This document shows positions 1 to 8,375 of a stretch of 64,000 bases of DNA, piece after piece (the stretch's first letter is position 1; each line of letters begins with the position of its first letter). The translations under genes were made by a program, and so were the position numbers. The notes below the pieces were generated by a model. That model saw only the letters and a program-made list of their open reading frames with translations. It was not told where the DNA came from and searched no databases. This stretch comes from a virus (Duplodnaviria > Caudoviricetes), in the IMG/VR virus record IMGVR_UViG_3300028805_000067, positions 71,256 through 135,255 of that record; one strand, written 5' to 3'.

Positions 1-80
1 ACTGTTGTTACCCCGAGAACCCAAGGACTAAGGAGTTTTTATTGCCGACTGCGTGAACTCTCATAGTGTTAAACACGCTC

Positions 81-130
81 GTGATTGTGGTGGATTTGAA
101 CCACCTTGCCCTTATGGCTTCCATTCAACC
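81..130 (-). ncRNA. tRNA-like minihelix (acceptor stem plus T-arm), not a full tRNA
   Basis: Minus strand TGGTTG..GCCATAAGGGC..GGTGG-TTCAAAT-CCACC-A-CAATCA: canonical T-loop closed by a 6-bp outer stem, with no D or anticodon arm. Confidence 0.4.
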
Positions 131-226
131 ATATTCAAGGGGTGGCGTGGCGTTGCCACCCCTGTATCTTTATAACCCAACTTGGTACGCACTGTTAGTA
201 GGCGTGTCAGGGAAGGAGTGCAAGGG

Positions 227-619
227 TTAAGCCCTTGCGAACACCTTAGCACCCTTATAAGCTACCATTTCCTCGTAAGTGAGTGGTGTCTTTTCCTTGT
301 TGTCCTTATAGGCTACCGCCTTGCCAGACTTAACAAGTTCCTTAAGACGAGGGGATACTTTCTGCGAAGTCCACTCTTCACCGATTGAACGAGCGATTGT
401 GGTTGCAGTTGCAGGCTCTGCGGTAAGTGCGTTATATACCGCCTCCATAGCCTTAGCATCCGCCTCAATCTCTGCCTTGCTCTTGCCTCCGCTTGACTTG
501 CGGTTAGCAATAGAGTTCTTAAGCTGAACGAGCTTATCATTGAGGTCTTTGTCATCTTTTACATTTGCGCCATTGAGAACCGCATCAAGTGCGGATACAT
601 AAGAATACTTATCTGCCAT
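227..619 (-). CDS. putative winged-helix DNA-binding protein
   Basis: RBS AAGAGGTG before ATG at 619; C-terminal TATTIARSIGEEWTSQKVSPRLKELVKSGK is HTH-like; own promoter at 657-685. Confidence 0.6.
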   Translation of the reverse strand: MADKYSYVSALDAVLNGANVKDDKDLNDKLVQLKNSIANRKSSGGKSKAEIEADAKAMEAVYNALTAEPATATTIARSIGEEWTSQKVSPRLKELVKSGKAVAYKDNKEKTPLTYEEMVAYKGAKVFARA

Positions 620-881
620 AATTAGCACCTCTTTCTTTTTTTATTTTTGTAAGTTTATTATATCATATTTTGTTCGGTTTGTCAAGTGTTTTTTAAAAAT
701 TTTTTATTTTAGTGGCTATGCGCACTTGCCACATGGTTGGTAGAATTTTTGTCACAACCCCTTGCACCACCTATATGGGGTTTTGTTCCGAATTAGCTTC
801 ATTATGTTTAGCACCTCTTTTCTTATCTTGTGTCTTTATTATACCATATTTTTTTGAGTTTGTCAAGAGTTTTTTTAACTT

Positions 882-924
882 TTTTCAAGTGAACCGTAAC
901 TGTTTCAGCCAACCCACCTTACTT
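882..924 (-). ncRNA. structured RNA motif, copy 1
   Basis: 43-nt ungapped match to 9207-9249 with compensatory stem changes; just downstream of promoter 954-982, no ORF. Confidence 0.6.
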
Positions 925-1089
925 TGTTTTCTCTCTTAACCTTTTGTACCTTTATTATAACATATTTTCTTGAATTTGTCAAGAGTTTTTTATTTTTTGT
1001 TAAGATTTTTGTCTGCCTCGCAACGGATTGTTTCTTTTCTTAACTGTCTACATTGTACCACAAAACCATAAAAATTACAATCGGCAAAT

Positions 1090-1119
1090 TGCATAAATTT
1101 TAGGATTATTTTTTGTGCA
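1090..1119. promoter_or_regulatory. TGCACAAA-N14-TTTGTGCA-like operator, copy 1 of 5 (others start at 5146, 5546, 6371, 8702)
   Basis: Inverted repeat always 9 nt upstream of a non-consensus -35 box. Confidence 0.7.
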
Positions 1120-1138
1120 ACTTTTTTGCAAATTTTGC

Positions 1139-1167
1139 TTGACAAATTGTTGAAGATATGGTATAAT
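1139..1167 (+). promoter_or_regulatory. rightward sigma70 promoter firing into 39-bp hairpin H1
   Basis: TTGACA-N17-(TG)-TATAAT perfect consensus; no credible downstream ORF. Confidence 0.7.
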
Positions 1168-1174
1168 GGAATTT

Positions 1175-1213
1175 TCGGCGCGGCGACGCAAAGTGCGGCT
1201 GTCGCCGCGCCGA
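1175..1213 (+). repeat. 39-bp GC-rich palindrome H1
   Basis: TCGGCGCGGCGAC-N13-GTCGCCGCGCCGA, 13-bp perfect stem. Confidence 0.85.
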
Positions 1214-1218
1214 CAAAC

Positions 1219-1242
1219 AAAAAAGGTGGCATCCGCCACCTT
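1219..1242 (-). terminator. intrinsic terminator
   Basis: AAGGTGGC-GGAT-GCCACCTT followed by a T-run on the minus strand. Confidence 0.75.
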
Positions 1243-1486
1243 AATCTTCAATTTCTGGATGAGATTCTAAAAAACTGTCTGTAATATCTTCTGAATAATC
1301 TTGTATATCGTTAAAGAAGTAATCATATGCTTCATCATCGGTACAATTTAGTATCATCTCTTGTATTGCTCCAAAAACATCATCATAATTTTTGAAAGGT
1401 AGTTTTTCATGTGCCGCCTCTAAAGCATCCAAAATATCTCCATCATCTGGTAAATTACAAGTTATAGTGCGTGTTAATGTTAGCAT
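1241..1486 (-). CDS. hypothetical acidic protein
   Basis: ORF with AAGGAGG RBS. Confidence 0.75.
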   Translation of the reverse strand: MLTLTRTITCNLPDDGDILDALEAAHEKLPFKNYDDVFGAIQEMILNCTDDEAYDYFFNDIQDYSEDITDSFLESHPEIED

Positions 1487-1501
1487 ATATGTACCTCCTT
1501 T

Positions 1502-1690
1502 TTATTTATCCCGAGAGCGGAATATTTCATCCCACTTTTTACGCTCTTCTTCTCTGCTTTTCTGAATAGCTTTAAGTATATTTAGAATGAATATCAGAGT
1601 TCCTTCAACAATAGAACATATTGCAAGAGGCACTCCCACATTAAAGCCACATAGATACAAAACACCAAATACAACTATTACAATATCCAT
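1502..1690 (-). CDS. small membrane protein
   Basis: Hydrophobic N-terminal two-thirds, charged tail, AAAGGAG RBS. Confidence 0.7.
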   Translation of the reverse strand: MDIVIVVFGVLYLCGFNVGVPLAICSIVEGTLIFILNILKAIQKSREEERKKWDEIFRSRDK

Positions 1691-1708
1691 TTTTATTATC
1701 GCTCCTTT

Positions 1709-1981
1709 CTATTTTACCCATTCACAATCACTATCTTTTAATATCTGTTTAACCTTATCAGCGACAAAAGATGTAGTATTCTGATCAAGATCTAATAAAT
1801 CTTTTTGACTTAATCTGTATGTGATAAGTTTACTTATTGAGCGTAAAGCAAGATATTCATAGTATTTTATTGAATACTTTTCTTCTTCTTCATTTGCATC
1901 CCACATCATATTTTCAACTGCATTTTTAATAACACTGTTAAAATTTTTATCAGGTACATCAATTGCAAGTGTAATTTTCAT
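1709..1981 (-). CDS. hypothetical protein
   Basis: ORF with AGGAGG RBS. Confidence 0.75.
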   Translation of the reverse strand: MKITLAIDVPDKNFNSVIKNAVENMMWDANEEEEKYSIKYYEYLALRSISKLITYRLSQKDLLDLDQNTTSFVADKVKQILKDSDCEWVK

Positions 1982-2031
1982 TTTTACCTCCTATGGCGGA
2001 GGCGCCTTATCAGCGCCCGCCGCCCCCTTTT

Positions 2032-2226
2032 TTATTCTATGTAATCATCATAAATTATTACAGATAAATCAACCTCGCCCCATATTTCATCAGGTACAGT
2101 CAATTTAGTACGCTCAATAATTATATCGGAATCAAATTCTCTTATTAGTTTTAATAAGCCATTAGTTTCCATTTCACGAACTTCTCTAAAAGCACTGTCG
2201 CTTGCTTTGGTGATATATACTTTCAT
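2032..2226 (-). CDS. hypothetical protein
   Basis: ORF with AGGAG RBS. Confidence 0.7.
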   Translation of the reverse strand: MKVYITKASDSAFREVREMETNGLLKLIREFDSDIIIERTKLTVPDEIWGEVDLSVIIYDDYIE

Positions 2227-2240
2227 TACTATATCATCTC

Positions 2241-2432
2241 CTATGCATTTTTAGTTATCTCAACATATTCTTTAAGTATTTTTACAAGTGCCGAGAAAAA
2301 TTCGTCCGCATCATCATTTTCAGAAGTTACAAACATGGCTTTAAGACCAGCCGCCGCCAAAACTTTACCAATGTCTTTATCAGCAGTTGCCAATATTTTA
2401 TTGAGTTCTTCATTTTTTACATAAGTTTTCAT
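2241..2432 (-). CDS. hypothetical protein
   Basis: Start moved to MKTYVK, which has an AGAGG RBS and lies below promoter 2472-2500. Confidence 0.7.
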   Translation of the reverse strand: MKTYVKNEELNKILATADKDIGKVLAAAGLKAMFVTSENDDADEFFSALVKILKEYVEITKNA

Positions 2433-2658
2433 TTTAGTTACCTCTTTTCTTTTTGTTTTTATTGTGCTTTTATTATAACACATTTTTTTGTTTTTGTCAA
2501 GACCTTTTTTATTTTCTTTAGGATTTTTTCACCGCCTTGACTTCGGTGCGCTTCCTTCATTTGATGGTTTAATTATAACAGATATTAGGCATTTTGTCAA
2601 TAGTTTTTTAATAAAAATTTGAAATATTTTTTTCTAACGATACTGCTTGTTGGATAAT

Positions 2659-2697
2659 GCGGAGCGCGGTCGGGGAACCCGAAGGCCCGCGCTCCGC
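2659..2697 (+). repeat. 39-bp GC-rich palindrome H2
   Basis: GCGGAGCGCGG-N17-CCGCGCTCCGC. Confidence 0.85.
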
Positions 2698-2724
2698 CAA
2701 AAAGAAAAGAGGGCATCCGCCCTC

Positions 2725-3027
2725 TTAATGTCCGAATCTGATATAGTGTTTTATCCAACTGTCACCAAAGTATTCTTTTAATTCTTGCTCGTACTGTGGA
2801 TAGTTTTGCAAAATTGATATCTTATAAATGGTATCATAGTCCATCATACAGTACCAACTATTATCGTCACCCTTGTAAAATCTTAATGTATCAAGAATGA
2901 AATTCATTGTTTCTTGCTTTAAATCAGCTTTAATACAATCCTCAAGGCTTACGAACTGACTATTAAAGATAGGTTTAATGTTAAAGTCTGTTACTTTTAC
3001 TCCACTCATTTTAGGTTCAAAATTCAT
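2725..3027 (-). CDS. hypothetical protein
   Basis: Start moved to MNFEPK with AAGGAGG RBS; terminator at about 2700-2726 follows. Confidence 0.7.
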   Translation of the reverse strand: MNFEPKMSGVKVTDFNIKPIFNSQFVSLEDCIKADLKQETMNFILDTLRFYKGDDNSWYCMMDYDTIYKISILQNYPQYEQELKEYFGDSWIKHYIRFGH

Positions 3028-3041
3028 TTTTATGTCCTCCT

Positions 3042-3212
3042 TTATTTGTAATATATTTCTGATGAAAAGTAATAGTTGTAAACTATAATCGCAACTTTTT
3101 CGATCTGCTTTACATATTTGCGCACTGTTATTGCGGATTCTTTGGGAATTACTCCCCATACTTCCAAATCATCAATATGTTCCATAAGGTCATCATACAT
3201 TTTTTCAGTCAT
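3042..3212 (-). CDS. hypothetical protein
   Basis: Start moved to MTEKMY with GGAGG RBS, overlapping the upstream stop. Confidence 0.65.
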   Translation of the reverse strand: MTEKMYDDLMEHIDDLEVWGVIPKESAITVRKYVKQIEKVAIIVYNYYFSSEIYYK

Positions 3213-3447
3213 CTTTTGTTCCCTCCTCCCAGAGTACATTATAAAGTCTACATAAGTCTGCCCATTCCCACTCGTCATCCGCAAACCATTCATAGTCCTC
3301 TTCTATTGCCTCATCAGGTATACCTAACTGAATCCAGTCGCTCCATATAAGCTCATCCCCGAGGTCTATGATACTCTCATTCATTTCCTTTGCAAGAGCA
3401 ATACGCTCATCTCTTGTTGTTTCATAAAAATCTCTTGTGTTTACCAT
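3205..3447 (-). CDS. hypothetical acidic protein
   Basis: AAGGAGG RBS; promoter 3479-3507. Confidence 0.75.
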   Translation of the reverse strand: MVNTRDFYETTRDERIALAKEMNESIIDLGDELIWSDWIQLGIPDEAIEEDYEWFADDEWEWADLCRLYNVLWEEGTKDD

Positions 3448-3563
3448 TGTTGGTACCTCCTTGTTTGTTTGTACCTAAAGTATATCATATTAGGACGGAT
3501 TTGTCAAGTAGTTTTTTGCATTTTTGAAAAAATATTTTTAGAGGGTGTTCTCTGTTAGACTTT

Positions 3564-3602
3564 GCGGAGGCTGTGCGCAAAAAGCCCACGCACAGCCTCC
3601 GC
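3564..3602 (+). repeat. 39-bp GC-rich palindrome H3
   Basis: GCGGAGGCTGTGCG-N11-CGCACAGCCTCCGC, 14-bp perfect stem. Confidence 0.85.
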
Positions 3603-4097
3603 TCATTTCGTGGAGGCTGTTAGTCTTTTGTAAAATGCTTGCACATTTATATTTAATTCTTGTTTAAATGTTTCAATCTTGTCTGGGTGCATCTTGTAAA
3701 ACCATATCGCCCAAGCGGTCGCCGCCTTTTCAAGTGGAAGATTAAAATATAATTTATTAGCTACATGATGCAATGGTTTTGGCAGCTTGTCAATTCCGAT
3801 TTTGCAAATCATATTCCACATGGTGTTAGTATCAGAAAAGTATTTGAAAGTTTTTAAATGTCCGATTTCATGCAGAATTGATAATATCATCAAATCAATT
3901 GTAGCTGGCTGAAAATCATATTTCCAATTCTTTTTTATAAATGAACAAAAGTCTTTGTCACATTTGTCACACTGTAAAGAGTAAGCGATTTGTTTGCGGT
4001 TTTTAGATACCCAAAAGTTTTGGTCAAGTGTTGCGGTTAAGGTTAAACCGCAACACTCTTTTATCATTTCGCTCATTTGTTTATTTAATATTTTCAT
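3603..4097 (-). CDS. putative zincin-like metallopeptidase (HExxH)
   Basis: ILHEIGH motif with a downstream E in LPLEKAATAWA. Confidence 0.55.
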   Translation of the reverse strand: MKILNKQMSEMIKECCGLTLTATLDQNFWVSKNRKQIAYSLQCDKCDKDFCSFIKKNWKYDFQPATIDLMILSILHEIGHLKTFKYFSDTNTMWNMICKIGIDKLPKPLHHVANKLYFNLPLEKAATAWAIWFYKMHPDKIETFKQELNINVQAFYKRLTASTK

Positions 4098-4306
4098 AAT
4101 TTTTTTAATACCTCATCAAGCCTTTCATCAAGGTAGGCATTGTTTACCATATAAAGTGCGGTTTTCAGTCCTTTTACTACACCCTTATAGTAGATTGCAT
4201 CCTCAGTTTCATCATTGTCGTCAGCATCCTTGCGATTCCATTGATAAATGTCTATCATCTGTCTCAGGGATGTCTCAATTTTTCGTGCCAGTTCTTCATT
4301 ACTCAT
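4094..4306 (-). CDS. hypothetical protein
   Basis: GGAGG RBS; promoter 4342-4370. Confidence 0.75.
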   Translation of the reverse strand: MSNEELARKIETSLRQMIDIYQWNRKDADDNDETEDAIYYKGVVKGLKTALYMVNNAYLDERLDEVLKKL

Positions 4307-4429
4307 TTTTTAATTCCTCCGTTTTTTTATTTTGTAATTAAAGTATAACACATTTTAGGATAAAAGTCAAGTATTTTTTTGAAAAAAATTAAAAATATTT
4401 TATTTAGAGGGCATAATATTAAAGTTAAT

Positions 4430-4468
4430 GCGGGTCGCTGCCGCGAAGAACTTGTGGCAGCGACCCGT
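4430..4468 (+). repeat. 39-bp GC-rich palindrome H4
   Basis: GCGGGTCGCTGCCGCGA..TTGTGGCAGCGACCCGT, three G-T pairs on the plus strand. Confidence 0.85.
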
Positions 4469-4496
4469 CCGAGCCACCGCCACAGTTTTGGAGGAT

Positions 4497-4814
4497 TTAT
4501 TCAAAATTATTTTCAAAAAGCCAATCTTCAATTACCTCGTCAGCAAGTGTTTCATAATCTACATTTTTCATGGCAAGCATTGCCCAGTTGTAAGCATCAG
4601 AACCAAGTCGATAATTAACACTGAATCCGATACTATCTTCACCAAGTGACTTTAGCATTTCGATTACATTTGTTTTGAGGGTTTTATCTTTATTCATCTG
4701 TAAGATTTCATCATCCTCGTAGAAAAAGGATAGTGAAAAATCTCCATATAAAAAATCTTCTTTAAACTTGTATGTTTCATAGTTTTTATATTTGCTATCA
4801 GGTCTATAATACAT
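4497..4814 (-). CDS. hypothetical protein
   Basis: Start moved to MYYRPD with AAGGAGG RBS. Confidence 0.7.
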   Translation of the reverse strand: MYYRPDSKYKNYETYKFKEDFLYGDFSLSFFYEDDEILQMNKDKTLKTNVIEMLKSLGEDSIGFSVNYRLGSDAYNWAMLAMKNVDYETLADEVIEDWLFENNFE

Positions 4815-4824
4815 ATTTGCCTCC

Positions 4825-5076
4825 TTAATGCGCCTCATAGGTTCTGTTTGATACTAAACCTGAGCCACAGTTCGTGACGAACCAACAATACTCATCAGTG
4901 CTCATAATCTCACCAGTTTCTGTATCAATTGCATCCACTATAGCGCTATACTCATAATAGTCTATATATGGCAATACAGAGTTCAGATAATGGATTACTG
5001 AATCCATATCATCAAAATCCTCACGCTCAAGAATGTAAAATCCTGTTGTGTCGCTTATTTCTACTGTGTATCTCAT
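4825..5076 (-). CDS. hypothetical protein
   Basis: Start moved to MRYTVE with GGAGG RBS; promoter 5108-5136. Confidence 0.7.
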   Translation of the reverse strand: MRYTVEISDTTGFYILEREDFDDMDSVIHYLNSVLPYIDYYEYSAIVDAIDTETGEIMSTDEYCWFVTNCGSGLVSNRTYEAH

Positions 5077-5205
5077 ATTGAGTACCTCCGTTTCATTTGA
5101 TAGCATAAGTATACTATATTTTAGGTAAAAAGTCAACATACAAAATGCACAAAGATTAGATTGAATGTTTGTGCACTTTTAACAAAAGAACAATGTGATT
5201 TGCCT

Positions 5206-5448
5206 TTATGAAATATCCAGATATATAGGCTCTAAATCGTGACAATCAGCAAATTCACTCGTTTCACCGTTGCCTTTATAGACTTTGAAATCTCTAATAA
5301 TATCACCATACTCTTCTATTTTACGCAGGCGACCACACACCCAAGATTTAAGATATGAATCTCTATACCGTTTATACGGCTTGCTGGTGCATACAATAAT
5401 GGTAAGATCCTCGGTGAAAACTACAAGGGTAAAAATCTGTTCGTTCAT
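5206..5448 (-). CDS. hypothetical protein
   Basis: MNEQIF start with GGAGG RBS; promoter 5508-5536. Confidence 0.7.
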   Translation of the reverse strand: MNEQIFTLVVFTEDLTIIVCTSKPYKRYRDSYLKSWVCGRLRKIEEYGDIIRDFKVYKGNGETSEFADCHDLEPIYLDIS

Positions 5449-5594
5449 AATAAAATCCTCCATAGGGTAAGTAGTGGTTTAAGGGTCTCTTCCTTAACTC
5501 TGGATACATTGTACCATATTTTAGGAAGAAAGTCAACATACAAAATGCACAAAATTGAATGGAATTTTTTATGCAATATATACAAATAGACAAT

Positions 5595-5633
5595 GCGGGC
5601 CGTCGACGCGAAAAACTTGTGACGACGGCCCGC
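5595..5633 (+). repeat. 39-bp GC-rich palindrome H5
   Basis: GCGGGCCGTCG-N17-CGACGGCCCGC. Confidence 0.85.
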
Positions 5634-5683
5634 CAAGACCGCCGTCCAAGTTTGGAGGATATTCTGTAATTTTAGTAAATTGA

Positions 5684-5730
5684 TTGGGAGCAAGGGAGTC
5701 GAACCCTACTACTGAGCCGTCAGCTCCCAA
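5684..5730 (-). ncRNA. tRNA-like minihelix 3' of ORF 5736-6056
   Basis: TTGGGAGC..AGGG-TTCGACT-CCCT-T-GCTCCCAA: acceptor-like stem plus T-arm and one short internal hairpin. Confidence 0.5.
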
Positions 5731-5735
5731 GTGGA

Positions 5736-6056
5736 CTAAAATGTCCACTCATCGAAAAGTAACTGGGCGATTTCTTCAAAATTTACATTATTTATTGCAA
5801 GCAATGCCCAACCATATACCTCTTTATAGAGTTTATAGTCTACATTAAATTTAAATGTTTCTACTACTGCATCTCTTAATTTCTCTGCTATATCTGCAAC
5901 CATAAACCCTTCTGCCATATTTTTTGAAACATCTTCGCAATACAGTTCAAATTCTTCATTTGGATCGTCATATACATTTTCAAGAGTTGCATCTGCGAAA
6001 AAATCTTTGTAGCATTCCCAAGTAGGATAATTTGAAAAACCATTAACTTTTGCCAT
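5736..6056 (-). CDS. conserved hypothetical phage protein
   Basis: N-terminal NGFSNYPTW resembles the YNGWxNYxTW motif of small phage early proteins; RBS and promoter present. Confidence 0.7.
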   Translation of the reverse strand: MAKVNGFSNYPTWECYKDFFADATLENVYDDPNEEFELYCEDVSKNMAEGFMVADIAEKLRDAVVETFKFNVDYKLYKEVYGWALLAINNVNFEEIAQLLFDEWTF

Positions 6057-6094
6057 TGTATTTACCTCTTTTCTTATTTTCTATAATGATTATA

Positions 6095-6301
6095 TCATAT
6101 TTTTTTGTTCTTGTCAATACCTTTTTTCATAATTTTTACACGCCTGCGGATGTTTCCGTTGTACCTGTGTGCTTCTACAATTGTATTAAGAACCTTTAAA
6201 TCATTGCATCTATTTGCAAAGTCTACAAACTGTGCGACTACATTATTGTAGCCATTGTAAATGTTGTACATTTCCTGAATGAGTTCCTGTTTATTCTTCA
6301 T
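6095..6301 (-). CDS. hypothetical protein
   Basis: GGAGG RBS; promoter 6333-6361. Confidence 0.7.
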   Translation of the reverse strand: MKNKQELIQEMYNIYNGYNNVVAQFVDFANRCNDLKVLNTIVEAHRYNGNIRRRVKIMKKGIDKNKKI

Positions 6302-6420
6302 TTTTTTGTCCTCCGTTCTTTATCTTGACTAAAATATACCATATTTTAGGTAAAAATACAATAGATAAAATGCACAAAAAATCAGCAAAAAATTTATACA
6401 ACCTGTCTATTGACAAAACA

Positions 6421-6459
6421 GCGGATGGCGCGCGACAGATGCTGCAGCCCGCCATCCGC
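6421..6459 (+). repeat. 39-bp GC-rich palindrome H6
   Basis: GCGGATGGCG-N19-CGCCATCCGC. Confidence 0.85.
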
Positions 6460-6485
6460 TCAATAAAAAAGAGTAGGCTTTTCGC

Positions 6486-6647
6486 CTACTCATATTCAAC
6501 AGTCCAATTGGTTGCGTAAATGTAATCATCAAATTCTTTTCTGTACTTGTACAGGTCGATTTTGTGTCCAAGTCTTGACCATTCAACTGCTTCCCTGTGG
6601 TTTGCAGTGAGTTTGTTTGTTACGGTGTCGTGATAGATAGTTTTCAT
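6486..6647 (-). CDS. hypothetical 53-aa protein (not in the ORF track)
   Basis: MKTIYHDTVTNKLTANHREAVEW...; AAGGAG RBS, promoter 6679-6707, terminator at about 6464-6491. Confidence 0.7.
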   Translation of the reverse strand: MKTIYHDTVTNKLTANHREAVEWSRLGHKIDLYKYRKEFDDYIYATNWTVEYE

Positions 6648-6684
6648 TGTTTAAATCTCCTTTGTTTTTTGTAATTTTATTATA

Positions 6685-6861
6685 TCATATGTCTTTTAAT
6701 TTGTCAACCATTTTATTTAATTCTTTCTGATATTTATAAGTTCTATTGCCTAAGCACCAATCGCATCCTCCGTGGTTTCTGCAAGTGCAATCAAAAGCCT
6801 TGCTACCCTTATATTGTTTGCGGTGTTCTTTTCCATACTCAATTGCTTTGTTCATGCTCAT
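6685..6861 (-). CDS. small Cys-rich (putative Zn-binding) phage protein
   Basis: DCTCRNHGGCDWCLGNR; AAGGAGG RBS. Confidence 0.7.
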   Translation of the reverse strand: MSMNKAIEYGKEHRKQYKGSKAFDCTCRNHGGCDWCLGNRTYKYQKELNKMVDKLKDI

Positions 6862-6939
6862 TTTTTTATCCTCCTTGTTCTTTTGTATCTTTATTATACC
6901 ATAGGGCTTGGCTTTTGTCAAGCCCTATTTTTAACTTTT

Positions 6940-7248
6940 TTAGCAATATGCCAAGTTCATTTTTCTCCATCCAAGAATTGAGATTTGGTTATGTTCTCTG
7001 CCTATTGCAAGTGCATCACATTTGCGTGTTACACGCTTACTCAGGTCGATATACCATATCCCGTCTGCGAACCAAATACCGCAGTTTCCACTATATGCTT
7101 TGATAGCTTTCATAGCCTCATGCATATCTTTTGTTTCAATACCCTCGGTAGCCACTTGCCAACCTGTCTTATAGGTTATAGGCTTGCCATTTTTAAGAGT
7201 TAAGCCGCCGTTGTTCTCAATTTTCTTAAGTGTTCTAATGTTTATCAT
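6940..7248 (-). CDS. hypothetical protein
   Basis: Start moved to MINIRT with GGAGG RBS; promoter 7279-7307. Confidence 0.7.
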   Translation of the reverse strand: MINIRTLKKIENNGGLTLKNGKPITYKTGWQVATEGIETKDMHEAMKAIKAYSGNCGIWFADGIWYIDLSKRVTRKCDALAIGREHNQISILGWRKMNLAYC

Positions 7249-7366
7249 ATCAGGTTCCTCCGTTCCTTTGATGATTAAAGTATACCACATTTCGGGTATT
7301 TTGTCAATGGGTAAAAATAAAAAAGTTGAAAAAATTTTGGCTGGATCAGCTCTCTTACTGGAACTT

Positions 7367-7405
7367 GCGGACTGCGCGCAGAGTTTGCGCCAGCGCGCAG
7401 TCCGC
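7367..7405 (+). repeat. 39-bp GC-rich palindrome H7
   Basis: GCGGACTGCGCGC-N13-GCGCGCAGTCCGC. Confidence 0.85.
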
Positions 7406-7443
7406 CAAAGAAAAAGACACTACTTTGCGTAGTGTCCTGTATT

Positions 7444-7626
7444 CTACTCGCCTGCGTAGTAGGCTGAACGGTAGCACTGAGGGTTCATTTCATTTTCAGT
7501 GTGAACAACCTCAAGTGCCCTGTCCTGAGTACTGTAAGCTCCATAGAACCAGTACTCGCCGTCACAGTAGGAAATTACCCACCAATCATACTCTCTTGCA
7601 TAGTCAGGAACATTGTTAATCTTCAT
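7444..7626 (-). CDS. hypothetical protein
   Basis: AGGAGG RBS; promoter 7659-7687. Confidence 0.7.
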   Translation of the reverse strand: MKINNVPDYAREYDWWVISYCDGEYWFYGAYSTQDRALEVVHTENEMNPQCYRSAYYAGE

Positions 7627-7694
7627 AATTAAGTCCTCCTCTTGTTTTTGTTGACTTTATTATAACATAATTGTTAAGGTTTGTCAAGCCTTTT

Positions 7695-7895
7695 TTAATA
7701 ATCTTTTCCGATTTCTACAACCATATCCCAAGCGATTTTTTCAAGTGAGAGATTGCATTTTTTTGCGTATCGTGTGACATCTGAATTAGCCTGCAGGCTT
7801 TTCATTACTTTGTTTAATGCGCTGTCCCAATTCTTTGCGGAAAATTCCTCGGGCAAGTCTACAAGATTGCGGTTGCGTGTAATTCTGTAATTCAT
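7695..7895 (-). CDS. hypothetical protein
   Basis: AGGAGG RBS; promoter 7926-7954. Confidence 0.7.
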   Translation of the reverse strand: MNYRITRNRNLVDLPEEFSAKNWDSALNKVMKSLQANSDVTRYAKKCNLSLEKIAWDMVVEIGKDY

Positions 7896-7968
7896 ATTTA
7901 AGCCTCCTGAACTTTTTGTAATTCTATTATATTACATTTTTGTAAATTTGTCAAGTGTTTTTTACATC

Positions 7969-8178
7969 TCATTCCGTTCCGTAAATATCCCACCAATTCT
8001 CCTCAGCTACAGGCTCAAGTCTAACATTTTTGCCTCTGCCCAAGCAATAGATATCTTCTTTTGTAGGTGCGTTGATAATTCTATCAACATCTGCCTGTGT
8101 ACCGTTTGCGTATACCATACAAGTTACGGTTACTCCATTGTTGAATGTGCAATCTGCAACGATCATGTACTTCTTCAT
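7969..8178 (-). CDS. hypothetical protein
   Basis: AGGAGG RBS; promoter 8224-8252. Confidence 0.7.
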   Translation of the reverse strand: MKKYMIVADCTFNNGVTVTCMVYANGTQADVDRIINAPTKEDIYCLGRGKNVRLEPVAEENWWDIYGTE

Positions 8179-8310
8179 AATTTAATCCTCCTAATTATTT
8201 GTTCTTTCCTTTTTTCTGATTAAAGTATATCATATTTTAGGATATTTGTCAATAGTTTTTTTCAAAAAAACTAAAAAAAGTTTTTTTAAACCTCCTCCCA
8301 GTAGAATAAC

Positions 8311-8349
8311 GCGGCTCAGTTGCCGCAAAAGCAAATGCAACTGAGCCGC
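8311..8349 (+). repeat. 39-bp GC-rich palindrome H8
   Basis: GCGGCTCAGTTGC-N13-GCAACTGAGCCGC. Confidence 0.85.
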
Positions 8350-8375
8350 CCGATTGTGACGGCTCAGTGAGTGGA

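Noticed and set aside
882-924. Solitary CRISPR repeat (RNA anti-CRISPR), suggested by the TGAAAC word
   Set aside because: Conservation and base pairing continue past GAAAC, so it is the loop of a hairpin and not a repeat end; it cannot be matched to a repeat family without a database
1185-1195. c-di-GMP-I riboswitch, suggested by GACGCAAAG
   Set aside because: The upstream GNRA/receptor stem and the rest of the consensus are absent
1995-2024. GCGG..CCGC hairpin as an eleventh 39-bp element
   Set aside because: Only about 28-30 bp, imperfect stem, no CGCR junction motif; kept only as a possible degenerate copy
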